A DNA stretch of 64,000 nucleotides from NCBI RefSeq assembly GCF_009914755.1, contig NC_060931.1; one strand, 5' to 3'. A program made the position numbers and the translations under genes. Shown here piece after piece: positions 1 through 22,507 of the stretch. Positions within the stretch are counted from its first letter, which is position 1, and every line of letters starts with the position of its first letter. The DNA comes from the human T2T-CHM13v2.0 reference genome, Homo sapiens. The notes below the pieces were generated by a model. It searched no databases and was not told the DNA's origin. It saw nothing but the letters and a program-made list of their open reading frames with translations.

Positions 1-539
1 TTCTCGGTGAGGGGTTACCCAGGCGCAGAGGCACCGCAGAGCCCCATCATGCAGGAGGGCAACCTTGTCACCTCCATGGGACTGAAGCTCATCTTCCGCG
101 GGCCAGAAAAAGAAACTTGGGGCTGTGGTGTCAACACTTGCCACAGCTTCCTGAACATGCACCCCAGGTTCCCTGTTCCGGCCTTGTCTTTTTGGAGACC
201 TGCAGTGACTGCTGTTTATCCAGGGGTTTCCCCTGAAGGGTGTGGGCACCATACAGGAGGGGACAGTTTTAGTGTCAATCGGGACAGGAGTTCAACAGGT
301 CCTTTGGATGCAGCTAGAGCTAGACCTTCTCAGCCTGTGGCATTTGGGGCTCTGGGAGGTGTGCCCTCTGCTCTGTCGCTGGCCCTACCTGTGTCCACCA
401 AATCGCCCTCACACCTCTGGAGGGGTCCTCCTGGGTGGGTCCTTACTGCTTTATGTAGCCTGAGGAACGAGCAACCTTGAGCCCCCGCAGGAAGCGGATG
501 CCACAGCAAGCCCTGCTATTGCTTCTGGGGAGGAAGTCA

Positions 540-4560
<4,021 letters not shown>

Positions 4561-5273
4561 AGGAAAAAATGTGTTATGTACACACAGAATTGTTGTAATG
4601 GATTGAATCATGAATATCCTTGGCAAGTCTGTGACCTCACAAATGAGTGTGAAACCAGTAACTGAACGGAGATTCATGGCAGAGCTGGGCTTTTGCCAAC
4701 GGCAGCCTTGCCATGGCCCTGATTCTCCAGGATGGGTGCTGGGAGGTGTGGCTGAGGGTGGCGCGGCAGGACACATTTTAAGAACATGTTAAAAGAACTG
4801 TGAGATGCTATCAGAGAAGCAGTCTCCTCCCAGGTTAGCAGGCAGGTGAATCGTGAGATCAGTTTCCCTTTCTGGCACACGCGGATAGGGCACGGCAGAG
4901 GCAGGGACCACGCTGAGAACAGAAGAGCCTCAGAGTCAGTGTGTGGGCTCAGGCAGGAGGGACTGCTGCATGAGCTCTCGATGGCAGGGGCTTTTGGCAC
5001 CCAATGTCGTATGTGAGCGGCTCTCCATACACAGCTGGCATGGCCCAGATGGAAGGGTGGGGGCCCTGGCCCGCTCAGAGGAGATGGGCAGCAGCGGTCT
5101 GAGAAACACCGCAAGTGGCGCTGTCCCCGGGAGGCCCGGCGGGCTCTGCCCAGCGCCAGCCTCGGCCTTGGTCTGCGTCCCACCTACGCCGAGCCACCCC
5201 CAAGCTTCCCCAGACAGGACCATGAAAACAGCCGAGAGAGCAATGACTTAGTGTGTGAAAGGCATGGATGGAT

Positions 5274-5279
5274 TTTATT
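5274..5279 (-). terminator. Distal polyadenylation signal AATAAA
   Basis: tttatt on the plus strand at the end of the AT-rich UTR, followed by CA dinucleotides 15-25 nt downstream in transcript sense. Confidence 0.75.
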
Positions 5280-5733
5280 GATTACCCTATATCTACAATT
5301 TGAGGTAAAATAGAAGCAACACATAAAAGGGCCTATTTCTGCTACCATGTCATATAATTCTCCATTGTGAATATTGTGATAAAGCTACTGAAAACTATGC
5401 CGTCACAGAGCCTAGCTTCTTGTAGAGCTGGTATTTTACAACTCGCATTGCTTGTGAAATCTCAACACATGTAAGACTCTCCTAGGAAGGCGCAGAACGT
5501 CAGAGGTTGCATCCTTAGCCCCCTGACCCCTCCTCACTCCCCGCGCTGGCACCTCAGGGTTACAAGAAGAACTAGGAAATAATGCCGGCCACGGCGACCC
5601 CTGGAGAGGGGGCCGGCTAGAACAGCGTTCCTAAGAATCCGCGCCACAGCAGGTCCCGCGATGTTGGGGCCTTAGTGTCATCGAGCTAGCCCCAATCCTC
5701 AACCCGATCTTCAACTTCTGGTACACCATGCAT

Positions 5734-5739
5734 TTTATT
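5734..5739 (-). terminator. Candidate proximal polyadenylation signal AATAAA
   Basis: Hexamer only; usage not shown by sequence. Confidence 0.4.
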
Positions 5740-7085
5740 TGGACGAAAAGTAAAAGTGGAAGAGGTTCTCTCTGTATTTCCTCTATAATTCACACGCTGA
5801 GATACTGACCTCTGACTGTTAGGTGATCCAGATGGTTTTGCTTTTAATTATGATAAAAAAACATAGGAACCATGAGAGATAGCTTAGGAAAAGGTTTAGT
5901 CAAATATACAGATAGGAACTGTTCACTCAGTCATTAAGGAGAGCCGTGAACAAAGGATCATTTAAATGATTTTTTTTTTTCAAATAGAAAAACTAAAGAA
6001 CTGAACTATCACAGGAATTTTTCTTCACTGCAGAAGCTGAGATGTTCCAGTAGGAGAAGTAGGAGATATCTTCACTTGATTGGAAAATAAACACCGTAAC
6101 TCAAGGCTCTGCTGAGTACATAAAAAATCTGGTGAGATTCATTCCTGTCATTTTCCCTGTCATTTCCCAGCATTGCTGTAAAATCCTGATAGTACATTCC
6201 CAAGTACACCAGCCATTCCAGACCCACAGTCACTCTGCTCTTTAATTCACAGAACTGCTGAAAAAGTAGACATTTCTATCTAAAAGTAGAAAAAAAGGTT
6301 TGTATAGAAGGTATTTCTGTTATACAAGTATATTACACAGCTTGGGGTAGTAACAGGTCCGAAAAGCTCTTCTCAACCACTGATACTTTAAGCTAAAATA
6401 GGAGAGAAAACAAACAAGCAAGCAAAGAGGTTAATCTAATTACAGGAATTTAACAGTCACGAATATCACAACTTAATTTGCAAATTCAGGTAACAATGAC
6501 TTGGATTCAGAAGCACTCATAAAGCGGGATGAAACCTTAAGTCCATGAGCTGACAGGGTAAGGCAAATTCCAGTACAAGTCTCTGGATTAAAAAAAAAAA
6601 ATCCATTGTCAAAGTTTCCTGACTTCGGGTCTCAAGCTACTGCTCCTATTATAACTTGGCCAAATTTAAGAAATCTGGACTAACAGGATCAGACTTGTTA
6701 ACTCTGCAAGATGAACAAAAGATCTGCAGCTCTGTGAGACTCTGCAAAATACTATTACTATGGAAAAAAAAAAGTCAGTCTAATGATTCTGACTCATAGT
6801 GAATTCCAATGAGGAGGACAACGTTGACTCTATTTAGAAACAGAACATTCTTTTTAAGGCAAAAGTGCTTTTACATCTTTGACTGAGAGACATATATTGA
6901 TCCAAGGAGAATCTCCCTGTAGAATCTTCTAGCTTAAATATCCGGGAAGGCTCCCACCTGGCTCCCACATTCCCTGAAGGCAGGGCCACCATCTTATGTG
7001 AAAGTGGGGAGATCACATTAGCTACGCGTATGCAGGGGGTTCAGATGGACGCCACACAGCATCCCTGACACAGAAGCTGATTTAC

Positions 7086-7161
7086 CCTAGGAGGGAAGAG
7101 GTCTACCACGTGGGGTCTGGTTCTTGCTTGATCTGAGAGCTTCCATCAGTCTCTTTTATTT
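7086..7161 (-). pseudogene. GTF2I-like exon 34 (76 nt) with the native stop
   Basis: EIKETDGSSQIKQEPDPTW*; TAG at 7103-7105, 17 nt before donor GG|gtaaat. Confidence 0.93.
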
Positions 7162-7939
7162 CTATCAACAGAAACAAAACGGTACCGATTAATTATTTTG
7201 CAGACCTGCTCAGTGATAAATCCATTCGTACCAAACTATTTACTAAGATATGGTTTAATAAGAAGGACAAGACACCAAACATCAAAAGAGCTTCAGAGAG
7301 ACATCTCTTTAGCAATACATTCAAAATTTTGTTACTTATGTTTTCAAAGTAACATACATCTTCTGGCTTACATGCATTTAAAGGACACACTTAGGTTATC
7401 TAGGTTATGTAGCAGAGTCATTCACGGAGAATTTACCAAGTCATCTGGGGAAAATGGAGCAAAAGCAGCTATGCGTCATCACTCAACAGCATAACCTGCA
7501 AATCCAATTCACCCAGAAGAAAGAGAGCAAAACCACCACCCAGTTCTAGTGAAATAGTTTAAATGCACAATCCTTTGTCCTGATAAAAAAGTCTTGGCTG
7601 GGCAAGGTGGCTCGCGCCTGTAATCCGAGCACTTTGGAGGCCAAGGCTGGCGGATCACTTGAGGTCAGAAGTCTGAGACTAGCCTGGCCAACATGGTGAA
7701 ACCCCGTTTCTACTAAAAATACAAAAATTAGCCAAGCATGGTGGTGCAGGCCTGTAATCCCAGCTACTCGGGAGGCTGAGGCAGGAGAACTGCTTGAGCC
7801 CGGGAGGCGGAGGTTGCAGAGATCGCGCAACCTCACTCCACCCTGGGTGACAGAGCAAGTCTCTGTCTTTAAAAAAAAAAAAAAGAAGAAGAAGAAAGAA
7901 GAAGTCTTAAGGACTTGCAGGACCACCCCACCCTTTTAC

Positions 7940-7981
7940 CTTCTGTGGCTGGAACTTCCAACTGGCTTGGTTCAGCTGATT
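7940..7981 (-). pseudogene. GTF2I-like exon 33 (42 nt)
   Basis: ESAEPSQLEVPATE; AG/GT. Confidence 0.93.
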
Positions 7982-8350
7982 CTAAAGAGAAACACAGAGA
8001 CTGATTTCCACATTGTTCAACAGCTGCTTTATACTATGTAAAGAACCCAGGAGGAGGAAGAGGAGAAAAGCCCTCTAGACTCTGTACAAACACAGGTGCA
8101 TGATGAAACAATGCTCACGGTCTTGAGATGGAGCACACGATTATCCAAGTGTACTTTCAAATTTCTGTTTTTCAAATGTGGTCCTAAGTTCACATATACA
8201 ACTGAAGTTTGAAAGAGCAGAGTCTTAACATAGCTCTACCATGAAAACAAGCTCCTTAGTTATGCTTTCTCCCTTATCCTTCTGTTTACTCCCTTTAATA
8301 AAAGCTTTTCATTACTTTTTTTGTTTTTCTTCGTATGTTTGTTTTTTTGA

Positions 8351-8455
<105 letters not shown>

Positions 8456-9077
8456 TGAGTAGCCGGCACACGCCACCACGTCTGGCTAGTTTTTGTATTC
8501 TTAGTAGAGACGGGGTTGCACCATGTTGGCCAGGCTGGTCTCGAACTCCTGATCTCAAGTGATCTACCCTTCTCAGCCTTCCAAAGTGCTGGGATAACAG
8601 GCGTGAGCCACCGCGCCCAGTCTCATTACTTTCAATGACTCACACAGCACCAGGCCATTCCACTTGTTTTTTAAGGAATTTTTTAAGAGCACAATCTGTA
8701 CATTTCTACTGAAGAACATTTTGCTCACTGACTTATGGCAGACATTAGAAATGGATGGCAGAGTCAGGTTAAAGTGACGGCCCTCTTGCTCTGCCATTTC
8801 ATCCTACCCATTAATCCTGGGGTTCCTGATGTTAGGCCTGAGCTGGGATAGGGGGTGCAAATGGTCTGCAGCCCCCAGTTCTCAATCAGGACCCACAGCT
8901 TGAATTTATGTTTTGATCAGCTGTCAAACCCAGGAGTGAAAACCACAGAGAAGCATGTGTGTAGTGTAACTGAGTCCCCTCAGGGCAGGTGACTGAGAGC
9001 CAAAGCCACACGCAGGCACGCCATGTGTGCCACTGTGCAGGCAGGAGTAGCTCCGGGCCCTCCCCTGCCTCGCTCAC

Positions 9078-9119
9078 CTTGTATCACGGGGCCTTCTGAC
9101 TCACTCTGATCAACCAGCT
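9078..9119 (-). pseudogene. GTF2I-like exon 32 (42 nt)
   Basis: QLVDQSESEGPVIQ; AG/GT. Confidence 0.93.
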
Positions 9120-9260
9120 CTGAAAATGAAGCAGATTGGTTTAAATAATGTAAGGATGTGTTGTTCCCTTGGAAAAGCATTTTAACATACATTTGCTGTT
9201 TCCCTCAAGATGAGAAGGAAACAAACCTCAGAGTTCTGATATGTCCCTCAGAATCACTAA

Positions 9261-9564
<304 letters not shown>

Positions 9565-9954
9565 TGATCCGCCTGCCTCAGCCTCCCAAACTGCTGGGAT
9601 TACAGGCGTGAGCCACCACGCCTGGCCTCACTTTTATACATTTTTAATAATAAAGTTAAGAAAACAAAACACACTCGCAAAATTAAGTTTGGCTCAAAAT
9701 ACTATTGAAAATGACATCAACGTTAAGGAATTGAAAGGACATTTGTTCACTCGCTCAGCAATATTTGAGAGCCCCATGTGTGCCAGGCACTGTGCTGAAA
9801 TACTAACAGAAGCAGGCACATTGTGACTTACTTTGTAACGAAATCCAAGCACAGTAATTATAACAGTCATAAAAGCAGTAATAAATATAGATTGTATTCG
9901 CTGAGCACATACTGTAGGCTAAACACATACTAGAGGCTAGACACTGTTCTAGGT

Positions 9955-10122
9955 TAGGGGGATGCAAACTCTTTTCTTGCAGAGCCAATTAGTAAATATT
10001 TTAGGTTTTGCAGGCACACACTTGCTGCTGCCATCTCTCAGTTCTGCCATAAACAAATGGACACGATGGTGGTTTCAATAAAACTTTATGCATACACGTC
10101 GGCAGGAGCTTGCTGACACCTG
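9955..10122. mobile_element. MER58A-like hAT-Charlie MITE
   Basis: caaac...tagtaaatattttaggttttgcaggc...caataaaactttat...ttgctgacacctg. Confidence 0.6.
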
Positions 10123-10401
10123 TTCCAGATGCTTTCCATCTACTGGAACGACTCCCCCAAAATCGGTGCTATTATTACCATTTTATGATTAAGTGCATCG
10201 AGGATAGGAAGTTAAGAAGCTTGAATAATTTTACAACTAGGAAGTGCCTGGTGTTTTTACTGAGGGCTAAAACAAGTATTTGGCCTGGTTACTGACATAG
10301 GTGAAGTAACGTGATATACGTTAAGCATGTATACACACTCACACGCACACACGTCAGACCCCAGGAAAAAACAAAAACAAAACACTTCACAAAATACTCA
10401 C

Positions 10402-10430
10402 GGTTATTAATCACAAGTCCTGGAAATGGT
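10402..10430 (-). pseudogene. GTF2I-like exon 31 (29 nt)
   Basis: PFPGLVINN; tag|ACC...AACC|gtgagt. Confidence 0.93.
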
Positions 10431-11213
10431 CTAAAGAGAGAAACAAATTGTAAAGTATAACAATTTATTTTCACTCTGTAAGAATTTACAGGTATAACTG
10501 TTTATTCAACTCATATCTAGCCCACGTCATTTACGTACTACAATGAGAAGTATTATCCATGACCTTATAAGCTTATGGAAGAGATAGATACGTATCAATA
10601 ATAAGAACACTGTTAGAAAGTGTTAAGCTACTAGTAAATGGAGGAAAAACAAAAAATAGAAACGCAGAGCAGGGAACAGAGTGATTCTAAGTTTAACATA
10701 CGGAAGAACGGAAGGGGCTTTTTGCCTAACTCCTGGGAGTGATATGGAGAATGACCGTGGGTGAAGTGGAACCAAAATATGAGATTTTGAGGGAAAGAAG
10801 ATTGGAAGAAGACGAGTGTATGAGAAGCCTCAAGAGGATTTATTATGAGATTTCTGAGTGCCAGTCCCAAGAGACCTGAACTAGAGACAGTGGCAATCTG
10901 ATGATGAAATGATTGGGTAGGTTGAGTCGTAGCTGTTTCTGGGGGGCTGGAAGACAAAGGGGAAGATAACCTGGGGTTGGTGCTCAGGTGGGCATCTCTT
11001 ACGGTGACAAGGACGTGGGAAGGAATGTGGCACTCACAATGGTGTCAGAGGTGAGTACAATCATCATGCCTGCTCTATGGGAAGGAGCTGACACTCTCAG
11101 TGGGAACAACGATCAATCTCATTTACAGACAAAGAACAGAGTGACCTGGCTAACAAATGGCTGATGCGAGGTTGAATCCGTCTGACCCGAAGCCTGTGAC
11201 AAGGCGCCCTAAG

Positions 11214-11715
<502 letters not shown>

Positions 11716-11908
11716 CCAAAGAATTAAAAGAGTCAGCTTAGTTCGTAGAAGCACATCTGACATTCTAATGATGACACAAGTTATTTTGATTTGTTGATTG
11801 CACAGCATAGGAAGCCGGATTCGATGACTACCTGTGGCTGCATTTTAGAAGAGTCAGCCTCATGAGCTCCAGATTCGCTCCTGTGACTAAGCAGGAAACT
11901 CTCACTTA

Positions 11909-12205
<297 letters not shown>

Positions 12206-12250
12206 CTAAGGTCTTTGTACACTTCAAACAAATTTAAATATGAACCTTAA

Positions 12251-12550
<300 letters not shown>

Positions 12551-12729
12551 TGAACCTTAAATTCATTAACTTTCATACTGACAATCAATAGTGTAACACT
12601 AATGGTATCTTATTAAATAAATTTAGCACAAACAACTCACTTTTAAATTTTAACTCCTTTTATATAGGATTACAACCATCTAACCATCATCTGCTGAAAA
12701 GATCTTATTAAAACAAATCTCTTTGCTTA

Positions 12730-12855
<126 letters not shown>

Positions 12856-13178
12856 TCAGAGAAAACCCAAAACTTAAATACTGCTTTTTTTTTTTTTATG
12901 GTAAAGAGATGGTATCTCACGATGTTGCCCAGACTGGCCTTGAACTCTTGGGCTCAAGCGATCCTCCTGCCTAAGCCTCCCAAGTAGCCGAGACTACAGG
13001 TACAAGCCGCTGCTCAATGATGCACTTTTAATCCCAATTTTTAGGAGCTCTGTGTAATGTTTTCAAGCATTTTCCATTTTTTAATGATTTAAGTATTTGA
13101 GCACTTTGAGCTAATTAAATTTGAAATTGTTTAAAATAATGCCTAACTAAAAATGCTACAAATTTATTCTTGTTATAA

Positions 13179-13423
<245 letters not shown>

Positions 13424-13534
13424 TGAATTCCTGACCTCAAGCGATCCTCCTGCCTCAGCCTCCCAAAGTGCTGGGATTACAGGCGTGAGCCACCGTGCCC
13501 GGTCTCATATAGACTTTTTTTAAGGAACAGACTA

Positions 13535-13906
<372 letters not shown>

Positions 13907-14093
13907 TCATGCTGTCTGAGACTGTTTTATCTCAGTCCTGTTCAAGGTTCTTTCTTTCCATGGTAGATCATTTCAAGAAGACATGATGCCCCCTGAAGGG
14001 CTGCCTTTCACTGTTTTTCTCTTCCTGGGGGTACTTAGGAGATCATCACACACTCACAGAGCCACCCAATTATTAAATAACTAAAAATTGTGA

Positions 14094-14247
<154 letters not shown>

Positions 14248-14521
14248 TAGCTGGGATTATAGGCGCCTGCCACCACGCCTGGCTAATTTTTTATATTTTT
14301 AGTAGAGACAGGGTTTTGCCGTGTTGGCCAGGCTGGTCTCAAACTCCTGACCTCAGGTGATCCACCCACCTCAGCCTCCCAAAGTGCTGGGATTACAGGC
14401 GTGAACCACCATGCCTGGCCTCAATGGCTATTCTTTAAACAATGTTTGTAAACCACAGCTGCACAATGCATGCCTAAGAGCGTGTGTTCTATAGCAATGA
14501 AAATACAGAAAATACACTCAC

Positions 14522-14577
14522 TGGGAGGGCTCTTAGAGGAGGTGCTCTCCTTAATCGCCGTCTCAAACATTTCGGGC
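14522..14577 (-). pseudogene. GTF2I-like exon 27 (56 nt)
   Basis: PEMFETAIKESTSSKSPP; AG/GT. Confidence 0.95.
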
Positions 14578-16043
14578 CTATAGACAAAAGAGAAAAAAAA
14601 TGTGCTGATCAAACAGTAAAACTCTAACATTAAAATTTAAACAACTCAAAGATTTACAAACCAGTAACTCTGTAAAGTCTAAATTCAATTCTTAGTCATG
14701 AAGAACAGAAATCACATGCTTATCTAAAGAACCACAGCCAAAAAGACAAACCACAATTGTAAATTTAACATCCATTGCTGCCTCTCATTGGCTGCCCTTC
14801 CCCTACACTGGTTTTATTGGCATCTTCTTTCCAAGGTTAGAATGTATCCTGAAAAGAATCAGCGCCAGAATTGAGGATGGAAAGAGAAAACGCCCCACAA
14901 ACGCAGCATGGAAACACAAGATGGGCTGTGAAAACAGGAGCACTTGAGGCTCTCACTCCGGAAGCAGAAGCAGAGGGCTTAGAGGCTGCCAAACCTCTGC
15001 AGACCTGGCCAAAAGCATAAAAGGTGGCCATTGGCCGGGCGCGGTGGCTCACGCCTGTAATCCCAGCACTTTGGGAGGCCGAGGCAGGCGGATCATGAGG
15101 TCAGGGGTTTGAGACTAGCCTGACCAACATGGTGAAACCCCTTCTCTACTAAAAATACAAAAATTAGCTGGGCATGGTGGCACATGCCTGTAATCCCAGC
15201 TACTTTGGAGGCTGAGGCAGGAGAATCGCTTGAACCCAGGAGGCGGAATTTGCAGTAAGCCGATATCACACACCACTGCACTCCAGTCTTGGGTACAGAG
15301 AGAGATTCTGTCTCAAAAAAAAAAAAAAAAAAAAAAAGTGGCCAGCTTTGCTTGAGAGCATCCCTGGGTGACTCAAAATTAAGCCTGACACCAAGCAAAT
15401 GAAACCTAAAATTCATTTCAATTGATTTCAAATAATTCATGTGCATTAGCATGTACTATAAAATTCCAATTATTCTTATTTCTTTTTTTAATTTTTTTTG
15501 AGACAGAGTCTTACTCTGTCATCCAGGCTGGAGTGCAATGGCACGATCTCCTCCGCCTCCTGGGTTCAAGTGATTCTCCTGTCTCAGCCTCCCTGAGTAG
15601 CTGAGATTATAGGTGCCAGCTACCACCCCTGGCTATTTTTTTTTTTTTTTTTTTGTATTTTAAGTAGAGATGGGGCTTCACCATGTTGGCCAGGCTGGTC
15701 TCGAACTCCTGACCTCAAGTGATCTGCCTGCCTTAGCCTCCCACAGTGCTGGGATTTATGGCCGCACCCGGCCCATTCCTATCTATTTCAATTATGTTAG
15801 CCTAATCCACAGATGTTCAAGCAAACAGGAGAAATTGAAAATATTCTATTAAGTTGGAGAAATAAAAGGACTTGAAAAACTAAACAGCTGCTCAGATTCC
15901 AGCAGCATCAAATAGTAACAACATAGCTGTGTAGATTTAGCAACCAAAAGTCGTTATCTCTCTAGTATGGTGGAGTCCTCCTTCCCTTCTACCAGCAGCA
16001 TAAGGAAAATTTCTTCTTCTTTTTTTTTTTTTTTTGTTTTTGA

Positions 16044-16250
<207 letters not shown>

Positions 16251-16477
16251 TGACCTCAGGTAATCCACCTGCTTTGGCCTCCCAAAGTGCTGGGATTACA
16301 GGTGTGAGCCATCGCACCTGGCCAGAAGTTTTAAACATATACAAGAGTGCAGCTTAAAAAGCAGTTTTTCTGACTCCAGAGCTAATTCAGCCCTGCCACA
16401 AACACAAACCCACATACCCATCTCCCAGTGTCAAACACAATCAACTCATGCTAATCCCACTTCATCCAGTTTCCTTA

Positions 16478-17343
<866 letters not shown>

Positions 17344-17808
17344 TTACCATGATATGACTTGACAACTACTCCCATCCTGATACATAAGCAAACTGTTTTA
17401 GTACATTGTTTTTATGTTGACTACAAATAAGTGAACAAATGCTAAAATAAAGAAAAAACAAATGAAAACCCCCAAAATGCCCCCACAAATTATAGTCTCT
17501 ACTACATGCGAGGTATGGTTCTAAGTACTTTAAATGACAGTATTTATAATCCTCACCATAACCTCATGAGAAAGAAAGTAATGTTATTACCATTTTGCAC
17601 AAAGGGAAACTGAGGCAGGGTGTATTCGCCTGCCCAAGTGGCATCGGATTTGAACTCAGATCTGAACTCAGGCAGCCTGGCTCTACGGGCTACTCCTTTA
17701 ACCTTTGATATATACTGACTCACCAATAGGAACAATTCACCTGGTAAAATGAAACATAATGAACGTATTCTATTTAAAACTATGAAAGAAAGAAAAATAA
17801 AACGCTTA

Positions 17809-17952
<144 letters not shown>

Positions 17953-18830
17953 TTAATGACGTAAGTGTCTCTAGGTTACAATCTTCAAGTCCAGCCTGTG
18001 CCAGAAAACAAAGCTAGGTTCAAATTGAAATGGGTATTCTTGTCATTCCGGCGAGTTCCACAGAAACCATTTTTCTATTTCTACAGAAACCCATTTTTCT
18101 TCTCTTCTTCTTCTTCTTTTTTTTTTTTTTTTTGAGACAAAGTTTCGCTCTTGTTGCCCAGGCTGGAGTGCAATGGCACAATCTCGGCTCACCACAACCT
18201 CTGCCTCCTGGTTTCAAGCGATTGTCTTGCCTCAGCCTCCTGAGTAGCTGGGATTACAGGCATGCGCCACCAGGCCCAGATAATTTTGTATTTTCAGTAG
18301 AGATGGGGTTTCTCCATGTTGGTCAGGCTGGTCTCGATCTCCCAACCTCAGGTGATCCGCCTGCCTCGGCCTCCCAAAGTGTTGGGATTACAGGCGTGAG
18401 CCTCCACGCCTGGCCCTAATTTTGTATTCTTAAAGCAGGCCTCCCAGGCCCCGTGAACTTGGCTCTGCCCTTTAGGAAAGGCTGGCATCTTGTATATAAG
18501 AGAGATCTTCCTCTGATCTCTTCCGGAAGGAGGAAAGTCAAGGGTTCAATATATTTTTAATTCTTGGCATTTTTGAACAGAAATAATTAATCAGGTGTAA
18601 GTTGTCCATGGATGCCTGTTGGCTATCTTATGAGAAAGCAGGCTCTCTGAAAGTGTGCCACATGACTAAATAGGGACTTCTGCGCCACTCAACACCAGTA
18701 CGGCAAACTCTTATTTAAAAACTTGACACCTGGGATGTAGAGAATGATCCTAATGCAGTGATTTCCTTCTGCATTTATGAAGAGATGGAAGAAATATCCA
18801 TACTTGACAGTTGGTTGGAGATTGTCTTTA

Positions 18831-19142
<312 letters not shown>

Positions 19143-19452
19143 TCAAAGCACTGCTGTTTAAACCACCCTAAACTTTCTTTCCTTAAAAGAATAGAAAAAA
19201 ATGAAGAGGAAAAAAAAGATAAAACATTCCACATGACTCTGCACCCTTATTTGTTATGATAAAGGAAAAGCATTTTAGGACTTTTCTTGGGGGAAGTTTA
19301 TGATGTGATCCATGTTATCTGTTTTCTATTAAGGATTTAAAAATTTTCAATTAGAAGCATTCAGAAATTTAGCTTTATCACAGGCAGCTGTTCACAGTTA
19401 AAAGCTAGTTTGGTTAACGTCATCTGTATAAACCTGTATAAACACATAGCTA

Positions 19453-19668
<216 letters not shown>

Positions 19669-19984
19669 TTAAAATTCATACAGTTTGGTTCTTTTCAAAG
19701 AAACCTGCAGAATTAAACTTGTAGTGTAATCCTCCACAGGGGCTCAACAAAGCTGTGAAAACATGAATGAACTGGGATTGCAAATGTGACATTTCCAATG
19801 AAATGTTTTGTTTTTTTTAAAAAAAAAAAGAAAAATAGTTCCATTAAATAAAATACCTTAGAAAGCAAAGTAAACAACTCCAAGCCCCGCAGAGATATTG
19901 GCCGATTCCGTATGATTTAAGGAATGCGGATAAAGAGTGTCTTAATGCGCTCAAATAGGATACGGAGTACACGTCGTCTCTTAC

Positions 19985-20043
19985 CTTTAGTGTTTATTTT
20001 ACTAGCCATCCCAGGAGGCAAGTAGGAAATAACTAGTTCAGGT
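19985..20043 (-). pseudogene. GTF2I-like exon 22 (59 nt)
   Basis: PELVISYLPPGMASKINTK; AG/GT. Confidence 0.95.
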
Positions 20044-20405
20044 CTAGAAAGAAAACCAAGAAGTGTTACAGTAGCCAGTACAGTGGTGGCCTCACAGCTA
20101 GTAAAACGGTCGTGATGTGATCAGGGTTTTTTTTCTAAAGGCATTCACAGAATCATCCTGTAACACAATAATTCCTAGTGTTGTGGACAAAAGACCCTGA
20201 CTTTTCCTTCCCATGACTGGTAAGCCATTTTATGAAGAGTAAATAAGTGACTATTTTCATTAAAAAAGAAAAAAAAAACACTAGTGTACTTTCTTTAGCC
20301 ACTAAAATTCTGCAGAAATGTAGATAAGAAAATCAATCATTAGGCCGTGCACGGTGGCTCATGCCTGTAATCCCAGCATTCTGGGAGGCTGAGGCGGGTG
20401 GATCA

Positions 20406-20591
<186 letters not shown>

Positions 20592-20983
20592 TCAAGCCTG
20601 GGCGACAGAGCAAGAGTCCGTCTCAAAAAAAAGAAAGAAACTCAATCATCAATATTTAGTCGCTCTCAAGATTGACCAGGAATAACAGAGCAGATAAAAA
20701 CCAGCAAATTAAACTTCCATTCAAGTACTCAGGCATACTGCGAGTCACCACGGGGCCTCACGGTGACTCCGCGGAGGCGATTGTCACTATTTTCCTTGCA
20801 CGGATGAAGATGATTGAGTATGGGCAGGGGCAATGGACAGTACCCGGACTGCAGCTCACAGCCAGGCTTTGCCATCAAGGACTTACAGCCACGCCTGTCA
20901 CCTCTAGCTTGAAAAACATCTTAACAGAAATGTCATTTTATTGTTTTGATTCCAGAAACGACTACAGTGGCAAAAAGAACTTA

Positions 20984-21187
<204 letters not shown>

Positions 21188-22005
21188 TTAAGTTGCGGAG
21201 GATAACATTTGACACAGACATTCTTTCTTTGTGTCTACATTCTCGAGTACAGTATGGACAAGCTCCCTACGGTCAAGCAATATCCACTTCATATTGAAGG
21301 CATTTTGCTTAGGATATGGGGCAAATCTGAAGAACGAGCCTAAAAAATAAGTGCTTTTAGGAGGAACATTTTAACACTTTCAATCAAAAGGAGAGTTATG
21401 TTATTAGTGAAAATGACCTCTATGCTCTGGGCAGAAATGACCGAAGGCCATTCCACACAGCAGTGGACCCTGCTGGCCTTTGTGTTATCATCAAGAAGCA
21501 GGGTGTCTGTTCACAAACAGGCGGTGTCTACGATACAGCTAAGCAGCACTCAGTTCGAGTGGTCAGAGGCAGGGTAGTCAGGACTCCTGATCTGAGACAG
21601 GAAATGTCAACCCCAGGTATTGAGATAATGGACAGAAGTGCCCCGGGAATTTTGCTAGCACTGCCCACTCCTTACTTCCTTCTCCATGACAGACACACCC
21701 AATCAACTGAAACACTCTTTCTTGCTGAGCCTCCTCAGAATCGTTCTCAAGACAGCACTCCAGGAAACCGCTGTCAACAAATCTAAGCTGAAACAAATGA
21801 TGAAACCTATTTGCCACATGGGTGTTAGCCAGACGAGAAGTACAAACAGTGGAACTGAAACTTATCCCAACACCTCCCTTCCTCTCCCATTCTGACACGT
21901 GAGAAAGTGGAATCCAAGAGAAATGAAGTCATCTGCTTGGTTTCAGTAGCAAGTGTAGTGGTAGAAAGAAACAGAAACCCAGTTTCTGGGACCTTCCTTC
22001 TTTAG

Positions 22006-22260
<255 letters not shown>

Positions 22261-22399
22261 TGATCCGCCCGCCTTGGCCTCCCAAAGTGCTGCGATTACA
22301 GGCGTGAGCCACTGCACCCGGCTGGTCCCGAACTTCTATACTTCATTCAGACATGGCCCTTTGTTGATATGTTATTAAAGACATAAATACTGGCTTTTA

Positions 22400-22507
<108 letters not shown>

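Larger units (their letters stand above)
5250..6392 (-). pseudogene. GTF2I-like terminal 3'UTR exon (exon 35)
   Basis: Polypyrimidine acceptor ttttctctcctattttag|CTTAAAG at 6392, repeat-free sequence, and AATAAA at 5734-5739 and 5274-5279. The 3' end is approximate. Confidence 0.8.
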
